From Octopus bimaculoides (lineage: Eukaryota): DNA of 61,752 nt. Of the stretch, positions 1 to 11,799 are shown in pieces (positions within the stretch are counted from its first letter, which is position 1; every line of letters begins with the position of its first letter). The position numbers were made by a program, and so were the translations under genes. The notes beneath the pieces were generated by a model, which saw only the letters and a list, made by a program, of their open reading frames with translations, had not been told where the DNA came from and made no database searches. The DNA is taken from positions 130,242,304 through 130,304,055 of the forward strand of contig NC_068984.1 of assembly GCF_001194135.2 (NCBI RefSeq), given 5' to 3'.

Positions 1-8
1 ATATATAC

Positions 9-175
9 ACGCGACGGGCTTCTTTCAGTTTCCATCTACCAAATCCACTCACACGTCTTTAATCGGCCCAAAGCTATAGCAGAGGGCACCTGTGCAAGCT
101 GCCACGCAGTGAGACTAAATCGGGAATTATGTCTTTGGGAAGCAGGCTTCTTACCACACAGCCACGCCTGCGCCT
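9..175 (-). mobile_element. SINE family A, 5' half (diverged)
   Basis: Reverse complement of the family A head (GGCGCAGGCGTGGCTGTGTGGTAAG...GAAAGAAGCCCGTCG) seen in 4807-5220 and many other copies. Confidence 0.85.
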
Positions 176-317
176 ATAAAACCACGCGTATATTAATATA
201 CGAGCTACACATTGAAGAATATCTTATAAAACATCTTATAAAATATATTTTACGTAGCTCAAATATTATCTGATATAGAACTCAATACCGTGTGTAAGCA
301 GACAAGCTTTGATATAA

Positions 318-619
318 TACCTAGAAAGTTACACGCCAAGGCGCAAGTCTAGGCAAGCTTGTTTATGGAAGACCAGCAGTCGCCCATGCATAGAAGCCTC
401 CCCTCTCCACGCTACGGGTATTGTCCAAGGGAAAGGCAAAGGCCGATACAGCTTGGCATCAGTGACGTCACAACTCATTTCTAAAGCTGAGTGAACCTGA
501 GCATTGTGAAATAAGCGTCTTGCTCAAGAACACAACACGCAACCCAATCCTGGAATCGAGCTCACTACCCCATGATTGTGAGCCCGATGCTCTAACCACT
601 GAGCCATGCGCCTTCACTA
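318..619 (-). mobile_element. SINE family D (tRNA head plus CORE-like central domain)
   Basis: Minus strand reads TGGCTCAGTGG (box A-like), GAGCTCGATTCC (box B-like), TTGTGTTCTTGAGCAAGAC; homologous to 34185-34522. Confidence 0.85.
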
Positions 620-647
620 TAATACATACACGCACACACAAATGCAT

Positions 648-915
648 AGCATAGCTGACTGATTAAGAAGCTCGTTAAGTAACCACGAGGTACCGGTTTC
701 GATCCCTATCCGTGGGGTTTTGGTCAAATGTCAGTTTGTATAGCCTCGAGATCGACCCTTGGTTCGTGAACGTAATTCGATAGACGGAAACTGTAACACA
801 AGCTGTAAATCGAAAGTGCAGCCTTGTCACGTAGTTTATCATGATGTATCGTGCTGGTTCTGGCTGTGAATTAAGTTAAAAGTACATGCGTCCGTAGCAT
901 ACTCAACTGCGCACA
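648..915 (+). mobile_element. Old mosaic SINE: family A-like head joined to family C-like 3' module
   Basis: 648-795 aligns to the A head (ending GATAGACGGAAACTG); 820-915 (CAGCCTTGTCAC...GTACATGCGTCCGTAGCATACTCAACTGCGCAC) aligns to the C 3' module. Confidence 0.6.
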
Positions 916-1269
916 CCCATACACACGCGCACACAGACACATACATACGAATATATATGTATGTGTACATGTGTGTGTGCGTGTATGCGTGTATGTGTGT
1001 GTGTGTGTGTTGATGCCAACCAGTTTAGCGTTGATGTCTTCAATATACGGCCTCCCTCAAAATTGCTGGCCCTGTGCATAAATCAGAAATCCCTTATTCT
1101 TTTTTCTTTTATTCTTTTACTTGTTTCAGTCATTTGACTGTGGCCATGCTGGTGCACCGCCTTAAACACATACACATAACCCACTTATACACATAAATGC
1201 ATACACACACACATATACATACACACATGTACATATTTGTATACATATGACTGAAACAAATGATTATAT

Positions 1270-1337
<68 letters not shown>

Positions 1338-1378
1338 ACTGAAACAAATAGAAGAATAAAAGAATATATATATATATG

Positions 1379-1426
1379 AATTTAAAGAATGGAGTAAACG
1401 CATGCGTTTACTCCATTCTTTAAATT
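1379..1426. repeat. Perfect 48-bp palindrome between (TA)n tracts
   Basis: AATTTAAAGAATGGAGTAAACGCA followed directly by its exact reverse complement, with no spacer. Confidence 0.95.
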
Positions 1427-1587
1427 TTATATATACTCAAATACCCAAAATATCAAGGAGTTTCTACCCCATAAACAGGAATTACACCACAGTTATTTTG
1501 TGATCTTTGCTACCCTGATATCTATTAACCAATTTATTTTATCCGAGTTATTCATTACTAGGAGANNNNNNNNNNNNNNNNNNNNNN

Positions 1588-1748
1588 ATATATCCGTGTT
1601 TTTCTCCTTGTCTCCGTATTCTTTCTGTTGAAGAGCGTAGCTCGAAACGTTAAAGACTTTCCGTATTCCCGAGCGTCATACTAATACATCCTTTTGTTGT
1701 TTACACCACCTATCCTCGTCTGTTGTTGTTTTTTTCGTACATTCTCCC

Positions 1749-1750
<2 letters not shown>
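1588..1750 (+). mobile_element. Short (TA)n-associated element, probably Penelope pLTR-derived, with minimal hammerhead-like motif at 1620-1656
   Basis: TCTTT-CTGTTGA-A-GAGC-GTA-GCTC-GAAA-CGT-T-AAAGA; whole element homologous to 9975-10142 and 13940-14120. Confidence 0.7.
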
Positions 1751-1795
<45 letters not shown>

Positions 1796-2848
1796 TATAT
1801 ATATATTCTTTTATTTATTCTTTTATTTGTTTCAGTCATTTGACTGCGGCCTTACTGGAGCACAGCCTTTAGTGGAGCAAATCGACCCCAGGACTTATTC
1901 TTTATATATATATATATATATATATATACATACATACATACACACATGTATGTATGTATGTATGTATGTATGTATGTATGTATGCATGTCTATATGTAAG
2001 TATGTATGTATTTATGCAGATATGCATGTATGTATGTATGTGTGCATGCATGTATGTATGTATGCATGCATGTATGTATGTACTGTGACTCCCATGCGGG
2101 GCTCCACAGCCACAGCAGACGCTGTCTGACAAGGCAGACAGACGCAAGATCCATAGTCTCGCGAGACAAACGGATGCCAGAGAACACACACACCACACGC
2201 ACATACATATATGTCTTTGCGTTTATGTATTATGTGTGCTTATACATATACATATATCCTTCTCTCAGTGTGTGTGTGTGTGTGTGTGTGCGTGTGCGTG
2301 CGTGCGTGCGTGCGTGCGTGCGTGTGTGCTTGCATATGTGTGTGTGTGGTTCAAACACGTTGGAACGTATCCAAATCCAAAATAGCAGGACGGAACAGAA
2401 GCATCCATATTAAAGTACAACATATCAGTCTGATATACGATATATGTACGGAAACATATTTACTCTTACTGCAAAGAAAACTTTCAGATGAATTAGGAAG
2501 AAGAAGAAAGACAAATACAGAAGGCGACAGTTATAGGATCACAATGTCCACCTTTATTCGGGATCTTCTGGCGCATAAGGGTTTAATGGAGCAAAATCCC
2601 CAGTCTCCTGCTCCCATATTGTACCCGTAAATGTCCGGACAGAAACTTATCAATTGATCAGCAGAAAATGGCGCGGATCTGATACGAGAAAGAGTCCGAA
2701 GGAAGTTTGTAGAGTTTTTTTTTTTCGATAGTAACTACTGAATAGTAAATGGATAGTCTATAATTTCTGTTCAGGGTACGATGTACTTTAGCACTGTACA
2801 TACTCGTACAAATTCTTTAATCTTCTTGATATATCTCAAAACTCTATA

Positions 2849-2996
2849 GGCGTGACTGTGTGACAAGAAGCTTGCTTCCCAACCACATGGTTCCGGGTCC
2901 AGTCCCACAATGTGATACCTTTGGACGAGTGTTTTCTATTATAGCCCCGGGCCGACCAAACCCTTGTGAGGGATTTGGTAGACGGAAAGAAGCCCG

Positions 2997-3051
<55 letters not shown>

Positions 3052-3240
3052 TGCTTGTCCCCCACCGCCGTTTGACAACGGGTGTTGATGTGTTAACATT
3101 TCCGTAACTTAGCGGTTCCGCAAAATAAAAAAGGAAATCGAATAAGTAACCAGGCTTTAAGAAAATAATAAATAGTGGGGTCGATTCATTCGACTAAAAT
3201 TTCTTCAAGGCTATTTTCCAGCATGGCCGCAGTCTACTTG
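2849..3240 (+). mobile_element. SINE family A, near full length
   Basis: tRNA-like head, internal (GT)n after GAAGCCCGTCG, 3' module ending CAGCATGGCCGCAGTC. Confidence 0.9.
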
Positions 3241-3524
3241 CTACAGATTTTTTTTAATGTTTTGTTTCAAATGCTAAGATAATGACTTGTCTTAACTAAG
3301 ATTACTCATATGTTTTTTTCTGTTAACACTTGCAATATTGATAAAAGAACGGTTAAATTGTAATTGGGAATGGAATATAAACCGGCGCCGAGATGAATTG
3401 ACAGCAATTGAATGCAGCGGTGTAGATCACTAGACCACTTTGCAAAAAGCCGAATTTATATTCACTGGAGATTTGAGTCGAACGGTAGGAAGTCTGGTGA
3501 TTTGATTCACAAAAGTTTTGGAGA

Positions 3525-3639
3525 CGCAGACAAATAGACAAGCAGACAGAAACGCATCAATAAGTAGATGCAGACAGACAGACAGTTACAGATAAACAGA
3601 CAGACAGTCACAGATAAACAGACAGACACATAGACAAAC

Positions 3640-3702
<63 letters not shown>

Positions 3703-3839
3703 CAGACAGTCAAAGAGATAGACGAACAAACAAATAGACAGATAGACAGACAGACAAACAGACAAAGTGACAGACAGACAGAATGACAGACAGACAGTGA
3801 CAGGCAGAAAGATAGACATATACATACATACGTAGATAG

Positions 3840-3870
<31 letters not shown>

Positions 3871-3957
3871 GAGAGAGAGAGAGATAGATAGATAGATAGA
3901 TAGATAGATATATAGAGAGAGAGACAAACAGATTAATGACAGGGAAAACAACAGCAG

Positions 3958-3989
<32 letters not shown>

Positions 3990-4121
3990 TGTATGTATGC
4001 GTGTATGTATGTATGCATGTATGTGTCAGTGTGTGTATGTACAGAGACAGAAAAAGAAAGATGAGGAGGGATGAGAGAGAGGGAGGAAGAAAGAGAGAGA
4101 AAGAGAAAGAGAGAGAAAGAG

Positions 4122-4170
<49 letters not shown>

Positions 4171-4201
4171 GAGAAAGAGTAAGAGAGAGAAAGAGAAGGA
4201 G

Positions 4202-4234
<33 letters not shown>

Positions 4235-4245
4235 GATTGACAGAC
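3525..4245. repeat. Compound microsatellite (CAGA/GATA/TATG/GAGAAA)
   Basis: Consecutive 4-6 bp tandem blocks visible directly. Confidence 0.95.
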
Positions 4246-4806
4246 AGACAAACGGACTAACAAACAAATAAACGGAATGTTTACGGCATGAATTACATAA
4301 TGTCCCCCCATCTTTCTTTTTCTTCGTTTTGTTTTGTAGATTTATTCACTTGTTTATTCATATATTTATTTGTTTATCTATTTATTTATTTATTTATTTA
4401 TTTATGTATCTATATATTTTATTTGTTCTCTCAAGCTTCTCTCCCTCCCCGCCGAAATAATCTGACACAGACTATCTGAGATGAGAGTTAAAACACAGAA
4501 AAACACACCTTGCAGCGATATATATTGCTAGCTGCTTTGTCGGATTACCATACATAAGCCGCTGCACACACGATGCACAAGAAACATACTTGTCAGTTTG
4601 AACCAAAATGGCCGTTTACGGGAGTCAAAGTATTTTCCAGTCGGCATATAACACATGGATTCATTTATCTCCACTGGCGCTTCATACTTCCAATATTTTC
4701 ATTGAAAATTTTACAATTGTTTGTTTGTTTGTTGTTGTTGTTGTTGTTGTTGTTGTTGCTACAGCTGTCGTTGCAGCTGTTGTCGTTCTGCTTTTTTTAT
4801 ACCCAA

Positions 4807-5220
4807 GCGCAGGAGTGGCTGTGTGGTAAGTAGCTCGCTTACCAACCACATGGTTCCGGGTTCAGTCCCACTGCGTCGCACCTTGGGCAAGTGTCTTCTA
4901 CTATAGCCTCGGGCCGACCAAAGCCTTGTGAGTGGATTTGCTAGACGGAAACTGAAAGAAGCCCGTCGTATATGTGTATATATATATGTGTGTGTGTGTG
5001 TTTGTGTGTCTGTGTTTAACCCCCCAACATCGCATGACAACCGATGGTGGTGTGTTTACGTCCCCGTAACTTAACGGTTCGGCAAAACAGACCGATAGAA
5101 TAAGTACTAGGCTTACAAACAATAAGTCCTGGGGTCGATTTGCTCGACTAAAGGCGGTGCTCCAGCATGGCCGCAGTCGAATGACTGAAACAAGTAAAAG
5201 AGTAAAGAGTAAAAGAGTAA
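4807..5220 (+). mobile_element. SINE family A, full length, well preserved
   Basis: Box A-like TGGCTGTGTGG, box B-like GGTTCAGTCCC, CORE-like CACCTTGGGCAAGT, internal TA/TG microsatellite, (AAAGAGT)n tail. Confidence 0.92.
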
Positions 5221-5234
5221 GCCAACAATGATTT

Positions 5235-5385
5235 AGCAAACCTATGATCCAGTCCACTCCAACCGCGACTATCCCGTCTTTTATCGATACGTAAAGGAAG
5301 CTAGGACCACGTTACACAATGCGTCCTTTTCTGTGACGGAAGGATGTGATTTGAGGAAGATTTGACTGTTATTTGCTTTACGTAG
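5235..5385 (+). repeat. Unclassified interspersed repeat G (diverged)
   Basis: Shares CCTATGATC...TGTGATTTGAGGAAGATTTGACTGTTATTT with 50338-50545; related pieces at 26285-26375, 26995-27335 and 51045-51130. Confidence 0.55.
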
Positions 5386-5627
5386 AGTTGGGGGTTCATC
5401 AAACATAAAGTTTTTTCGAGTTCAAAGTTAATTTATTTTAGCCAAAGGATCGCATGGACACGCAGCCCAATTATGAAAATGTTAAATTCACTAAGAACAT
5501 TGTGTGGGTAGGATGGATGGATGGATGGATGGATGACTGAACGGATGAATGTATGGGAAGATAGAAGGATAGATGGATAGATGTACAAATGGGATTGATG
5601 GAGGGAGGAAGAGAGGGTGGGAAGGAT

Positions 5628-5940
5628 GAGGGCGCGTGACTTAGTGGTTAGGGGATAGTACTCACGATCGCGAGATCATTCTTTCAATTCCTGGACCGAG
5701 GATGGGGTGTTGTGTTCTTGAACAAAACACCACATCTCATTTTGCTCTGCGGTCACTTTGACACCTGATGTGTGGTACACCATGCACCTGTTCAGCCATT
5801 GTCAGTTTGATGGAGGGAGTGAGCTTAATTAATGTACTGCACATACATTTGATCACTAGAAACAAATCATCTGTGCAGTTTGTTCAGCAAGAAATTGCAG
5901 AACCGTCTTTCTCGGACTGCAAGAGACTACGATCATCATG
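5628..5940 (+). mobile_element. SINE family E (D-like head, different body)
   Basis: GGCGCGTGACTTAGTGGTTAG head and TTGTGTTCTTGAACAAAACAC as in family D, followed by unrelated body sequence. Confidence 0.6.
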
Positions 5941-5990
5941 TATGTTTGTATGGTTGGATGGATGCATGCATGTGTATATATATGTATAAG

Positions 5991-6047
<57 letters not shown>

Positions 6048-6377
6048 NNNNNNNNNNNNNNNNNNNNNNNNNNNNNNNNNNNNNNNNNNNNNNNNNNNNN
6101 NNNNNNNNNNNNNNNNNNNNNNNNNNNNNNNNNNNNNNNNNNNNNNNNNNNNNNNNNNNNNNNNNNNNNNNNNNNNNNNNNNNNNNNNNNNNNNNNNNNN
6201 NNNNNNNNNNNNNNNNNNNNNNNNNNNNNNNNNNNNNNNNNNNNNNNNNNNNNNNNNNNNNNNNNNNNNNNNNNNNNNNNNNNNNNNNNNNNNNNNNNNN
6301 NNNNNNNNNNNNNNNNNNNNNNNNNNNNNNNNNNNNNNNNNNNNNNNNNNNNNNNNNNNNNNNNNNNNNNNNNNNNC

Positions 6378-6680
6378 CTGCAAGTGGTTGAGCACTCCAC
6401 AGACACGTGTACCCTTAACGTAGTTCTCGGGGATATTCAGCGTGACACAGTGTGACAAGGCTGACCCTTTGAATTACAGGCACAACAGAAACAGGAAGTA
6501 AGAGTGAGAGAAAGTTGTGGTGAAAGAGTACAGCAGAGTTCGCAACCATCCCCTGCCGGAGCCTCGTGGAGCTTTTAGGTGTTTTCGCTCAATAAACACT
6601 CACAACGCCCGGTCTGGGAATCGAAACTGCGATCCTATGACTGCGAGGCCGCTGCCCTAACCACTGGGCCATTGCGCCTC
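6378..6680 (-). mobile_element. SINE family C (3' end lost in gap)
   Basis: Near-identical reverse complement of 50573-50957. Confidence 0.92.
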
Positions 6681-7018
6681 TACATAGATACTGTGAAAAG
6701 CAAATATAAAGGTGACCAACAATATCATTTGAATGCAACCTTTCATGCAGGCTTTCATGTTTCCGAGTAGGAAAGTTGTTTCAGATACATCTCCATTTAT
6801 ATTTATTTTTACACTAACGCTATTTCTTTCGTATATTCTTCCTTAACAATGTAAGTTGATCCTTGATTCATTTTTTTTTGTTACACGGCTCTATTGTCCG
6901 TAGTACCTTACTCATTCCAAATCTTCGACGGTCATACCTTCTCGATGAAAACACGGGATACTCTTGCCTTTACTTTTAGGAGAGAATTCTGGGGAACGTT
7001 GTTAAAATTACTGCTCTC

Positions 7019-7165
7019 TCAAATTCCGCCGAGGTCGACTTTGCCTTTCATCCTTTCGGTGTCGATAAATTAAGTACCAGTTGCATACTGAGGTCGATTT
7101 AATCGACGCCCCCCCCCCATCCCCCAAAATTTAGGACCTTCTGCCTATAGTAAGAAACGAATATT
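7019..7165 (+). mobile_element. SINE family B, 5'-truncated
   Basis: GAGGTCGACTTTGCCTTTCATCCTTTCGG...TAAGTACCAG...CCCCAAAATTT. Confidence 0.85.
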
Positions 7166-7399
7166 ACTGTTCTCTTATTGGTCGTCTCCGACATTTCAAA
7201 TATCTGACGAGATGTCCTGTTACTCATAGCAATCGGGATATTATCTGGTTATTGCTAACCTAGTATCGGTTACCGGGATATGTCATTTACAAATTCAATT
7301 TTTACGTGACATTTAAATATTAAGTCCTACTGTGAACTATTTTCTAGTCTATACTTTCGTATTTATCTATCTAAAAAAAAAAGAAAAGAAAAGAAAAAT

Positions 7400-7710
7400 G
7401 TATTACTCCGTCCGTTATGACGATGAGTGCTACAGTTCATTCAATCACCAGAACAATCTGCACGTGAAATTAACGTGCAAGTGGCTAAGCCCTCCACAGA
7501 CACGCATATTCATAATGTAGTTCTGAAGGAGAATCAGCGTGACACAGAATGTGACAGGGGCTGGCCCTTTGAATCACAGGTGCAACTCATTTTTGACAGC
7601 TACGTGGACCGGAGCGACGTAAAATAAAGTGTCTTGTCCAAGGACACAAAGCGCCACCAGGAATCGAACCCACCACCTTTCGATTGTGAGCCGAATAATT
7701 ACTAAGCCAC
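7400..7710 (-). mobile_element. Mosaic SINE: family D head and central domain with family C 3' module
   Basis: Minus strand: D-type head and TTGTGTCCTTGGACAAGACAC...AAAAATGAGTTGCACCTGTGATTCAAAGGG, then C-type GTCACGCTGA...CACTTGCACGTTAATTTCACG and 3' hairpin remnant. Confidence 0.75.
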
Positions 7711-7720
7711 GTGTCTTCAC

Positions 7721-7766
<46 letters not shown>

Positions 7767-7768
<2 letters not shown>

Positions 7769-7985
7769 ATTTCTTTACTGCCCACAAGGGGCTAAACATA
7801 GAGGGGACAAACAAGGGATTAAGTCAATTACATCGACCCCCAGTGCGTAACTTGTACTTAATTTATCGACCCCGAAAGGATGAAAGGAAAAGTTGACCTC
7901 GGCGGAATTTGAACTCAGAACGTAAAGACAGACGAAATACAGCTAAGCATTTCGCCCGGCGTGCTAAAGTTTCTGCCAGCTCGCT
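7767..7985 (-). mobile_element. SINE family B, AAGAAAT-tail variant, inserted in (CTAT)n
   Basis: Highly similar to 25791-26015 and 42907-43110; (CTAT)n on both flanks. Confidence 0.9.
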
Positions 7986-8013
7986 ATCTATCTATCTGTC
8001 TATCTGTCTATCT

Positions 8014-8116
<103 letters not shown>

Positions 8117-8829
8117 CACTTTTGTTTTTAATAATTTAAATTCTTCCTCTGAGGAGGGAGCTGGTTTCTAACAAACTTACAAAACTCCATCGTTGGAATG
8201 TAGATAACAAAAACGATGCCACATTTTAAACTTGAGAGAAGCCTTGCATATTTTTACTGTTCCACTTACAGATTGTATTTATAATGTTTAAAGTAAATAG
8301 TTGATTTTTTAATGAAAACCATAGCTTATCAAGATTGTCACTTAAACATTTACATACAGAACCAATTGCACCTTGTATGTATGTATGTATGTATGTATGG
8401 ATGGATGGATGGATGGATGGATGGATGCATGCATGGATGCATGTATGTATACACACATACACACAAGTATGTAAATCACAATGTACATAATGTGCTTATG
8501 TGTCTTGTTTGTGCGGTGTATTTTCTGAGTGTCTTTGTTAAATAGATACATTGACTGAACGTGGGCGCTTCTTATGTAAAACGATGTTTGCATAATCAAT
8601 TACGTAGGCAGTGTGTTGTTTGAACACTTGCAAATTAATTTGCCGAGTGCTGTTCTTAGTGACATGCGTTGATGCATGCTGTTTGGTATGCATTCCTGGG
8701 CATTGTGATTGGGGAATTTGTGAAAAATTAATACGTCTATCTAGGTTTTGTTATATTTTAACATTAACGTAATCTTAATACTAACCTTCCTCGCTTCTGC
8801 CGTTGTGTTCAACAAGCAGTTATCTATTA

Positions 8830-9245
8830 TCGTTTACTTGTGTCAGTCATTAGACTGCGGCCATACTGGGACACCGCCTCGAAAAGTCTTCTTTTTTTAT
8901 ATTTTTTTTTTTTTTAATCGAATGAATCGACCACAGTGCTTTTTTAAAGCTTGGTACTTATTCTGTCGGGTCTCTTTTGCCGAACTGCTAAGTTATGGGG
9001 ACTAAAACAATCAATACCAAGTGGTAGTGGGGGACAAATATAGACACACAGACAAACACGCACAAACACAGATACACACACATACACACATACGATAGGC
9101 TCCTTTCAGTTTCCGTCTATCAAATCCACTCATAAGGCTTTGGTCGGCCCGAGGCTATAGAAGACACTTGCCCTAGGTGCCACGCAATGGGACTGAACTC
9201 GGAACCATGTGGTTGGGAAGCAAACTTCTCACAACACAGTCACGT
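8830..9245 (-). mobile_element. SINE family A (diverged)
   Basis: Reverse-complement match to head and 3' module. Confidence 0.85.
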
Positions 9246-9689
9246 CTGTGTCTATTTATATATAAATATACATAAATATNNNNNNNNNNNNNNNNNNNNN
9301 NNNNNNNNNNNNNNNNNNNNNNNNNNNNNNNNNNNNNNNNNNNNNNNNNNNNNNNNNNNNNNNNNNNNNNNNNNNNNNNNNNNNNNNNNNNNNNNNNNNN
9401 NNNNNNNNNNNNNNNNNNNNNNNNNNNNNNNNNNNNNNNNNNNNNNNNNNNNNNNNNNNNNNNNNNNNNNNNNNNNNNNNNNNNNNNNNNNNNNNNNNNN
9501 NNNNNNNNNNNNNNNNNNNNNNNNNNNNNNNNNNNNNNNNNNNNNNNNNNNNNNNNNNNNNNNNNNNNNNNNNNNNNNNNNNNNNNNNNNNNNNNNNNNN
9601 NNNNNNNNNNNNNNNNNNNNNNNNNNNNNNNNNNNNNNNNNNNNNNNNNNNNNNNNNNNNNNNNNNNNNNNNNNNNNNNNNNNNNNNNN

Positions 9690-9845
9690 CCTTTCAGTTT
9701 CCGTCTATCAAATCCACTCATAAGGCTTTGGTCGGCCCGAGGCTATAGTAGAAGACACTTGCCCAAGATGCCACGCAGTGGGACTGAACTCGGGACCATG
9801 TGGTTGGTAAGCAAGCTACTTACCACACAGCCACTCCTACGCCTA
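9690..9845 (-). mobile_element. SINE family A, 5' half
   Basis: Reverse-complement match to the family A head. Confidence 0.9.
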
Positions 9846-9912
9846 TTAAATATCAGTGCCCCGGGTGAGATATACATACATACATACATACATACTTACA
9901 TACATACATACA

Positions 9913-9951
<39 letters not shown>

Positions 9952-9974
9952 TGATTGATCGTTAGCCACTAAAC

Positions 9975-10142
9975 CTTTTTTATTTTCTCTCCCTGTTTAT
10001 TTCTGTGTCCCTTTCTGTTGAAGAGCGTAGGCTCGAAACGTAAAAGACTTTCTCACTTCCCAAGCGTTAAACTAATACATCTGCTTGTTTTTTACACACC
10101 GGTCTTCGTCCTTCTTTTGTTTTGCTTTTTTTATAAATTCCA
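9975..10142 (+). mobile_element. Second copy of the (TA)n-associated hammerhead-bearing element (motif 10011-10046)
   Basis: CTTT-CTGTTGA-A-GAGC-GTAG-GCTC-GAAA-CGT-A-AAAG; flanked by (TA)n. Confidence 0.7.
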
Positions 10143-10442
10143 ACTATATATATATACATATCATATATCATATATATACATATTGTTAATATATAAACAA
10201 ACCTCATCTTCCATAAAGTCTTGATATCCCTCTGTCCCATTTAGACCGTCAAATTATTTAACTCGTCCTTTTTTTATTTCCCGTATTTCTCAGTAAACAC
10301 AAAGAACTCAACATTTGTGTCATTCGTTTTCTCCGAATTCTATGTAATTATATACCTTATTTACTAACTACAATCACTTCCTAGTACTAAATATACACAC
10401 ATTGTCGTCTGAGAATGCCATGGGAAAACTGCTTTAATAATA

Positions 10443-10955
10443 CGAGGTTTGATCAATAAGTATCCGGACTGTTGCTATAGTAACGAAGCTAAAGCACGCA
10501 GAGTAAAGCCACTCGGCACAGATTGGCCTTGGACTCTGCTGTGCATGTGCACTAAGTTTTAATGTTCTAGCTTGCTTCCGCTCTTTACAGAAATGCTTGG
10601 ATGGAACATGTGTAGCGTGTGATCGTCGCATTGACCATGATAGAGAAAATCGTGATGGCGATACCTGCTCAGAGGCCCATGCACAGTTGCAGAAAGTGCA
10701 TGGAGAAGAGTGAATGAGCCGCACTCAAGTGTACAAGTGGTTCAGACATTTCGAAGATGGCCGAAAAAATGTCGATATTGACGAACGTTCTGGGAGACCC
10801 GCAACTAGCAGAACTGAGAAAAACAACGCAGATGTGCGAGCAGATGTGAGGGGAAATCATAGAATCACCACCCGTCAGTTATCAGAGGATGTGTAGATTA
10901 GTTACGGGTCAGTTCAATCCATTTATAACTGAAGATTTGAGTATGAGACGTATAT
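10443..10955 (+). mobile_element. Mariner transposon 5' portion, copy 1 (TIR plus degenerate transposase N-terminus)
   Basis: TA target at 10441-10442 then CGAGGTTTGATCAATAAGTATCCGGACT; translation MSRTQVYKWFRHFEDGRKNVDIDERSGRPATS has the mariner WF..F..G and RSGRP motifs. Confidence 0.88.
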
Positions 10956-10976
10956 TTGGGTATGAGACGTATATGA

Positions 10977-11566
10977 GACTGTTGCCATAGTAACGAAGCC
11001 AAAGCACGCAGAATGAAGCCGCTTGGCATAGATTAGCTTTGAACTCTGCTGTGCATGTGCACTAAGTCTTAACGTCCTAGCTCACTTCCGCTGTTTACAG
11101 CAGTGCTTGGAAGGAACGTGTGTGGCGCGTGATCATCGCATTGACCATGACAGAGAAAGTTCTCATGGCGATACCTGCTCAGAGTCCTACGCAAATTTCT
11201 GAAAGTGTATGGAGAGGAACATATGAGCCGCACTCAAGTGTACGAGTAGTTCAGGCGTTTCCAAGATGGCTGAAAAAATGTCAATATTGACGAACGTTCT
11301 GGGAGACCCGCAACCAGCAGAACTGAGAAAAACATTGCAGATGTGAGGGGAAATTGTCAAAACACCAACCGTGAGTTATCAGAGGATGTATAGATTAGTT
11401 ACGGGTCAGTTCAGTCCATTATCACTAAAGATTTGGGTATGAGATGTGTGTCTGCCAAATTTGTGTCCAAACTATTTTCAGCTGACCAAAAAAAACACAC
11501 GGGTTTCAGTTGCACAAGATCTCTTTGATTGTGTCGAGAACGATGAAAACTTTTTGAAAACTTTGC
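10977..11566 (+). mobile_element. Mariner 5' portion, tandem copy 2 (longer, lacks outer TIR)
   Basis: Diverged repeat of copy 1 continuing into VSAKFVSKL...KNTRVSVAQDLFDCVENDENFLKTL (KFVP-like linker motif). Confidence 0.88.
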
Positions 11567-11798
11567 GTAGGCTTCTGAGCAGGTATCGCCAAGTTTTTGG
11601 CAAAAAGTTGATGCAGATTCTATGCTCAACGTTCTCTGTCATGGTCAATGCGACGATCTCTCGCTACACACCTTCCTTCCAAGCACTGTTGTAAATAGCA
11701 GAAGTGAGCGAGAATGTTAAAACTTAATGCGCCTGCATATCAGAGCCCAATGTCAATCTGTGCCAAGCGGCTTCACTCTGTGTGCTTTAGCTTCGTTA
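11558..11798 (-). mobile_element. Mariner 5' portion, inverted copy 3
   Basis: Reverse complement reads GTAACGAAGCTAAAGCAC...ATGACAGAGAACGTTGAGCATAGAATCTGC...TGGCGATACCTGCTCAGAAGCCTACGC (FCQKLGDTCSEAYAK). Confidence 0.88.
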
Positions 11799-11799
11799 C

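Noticed and set aside
7204-7250. CTGACGA followed by a hairpin
   Set aside because: No GAAA after the stem.
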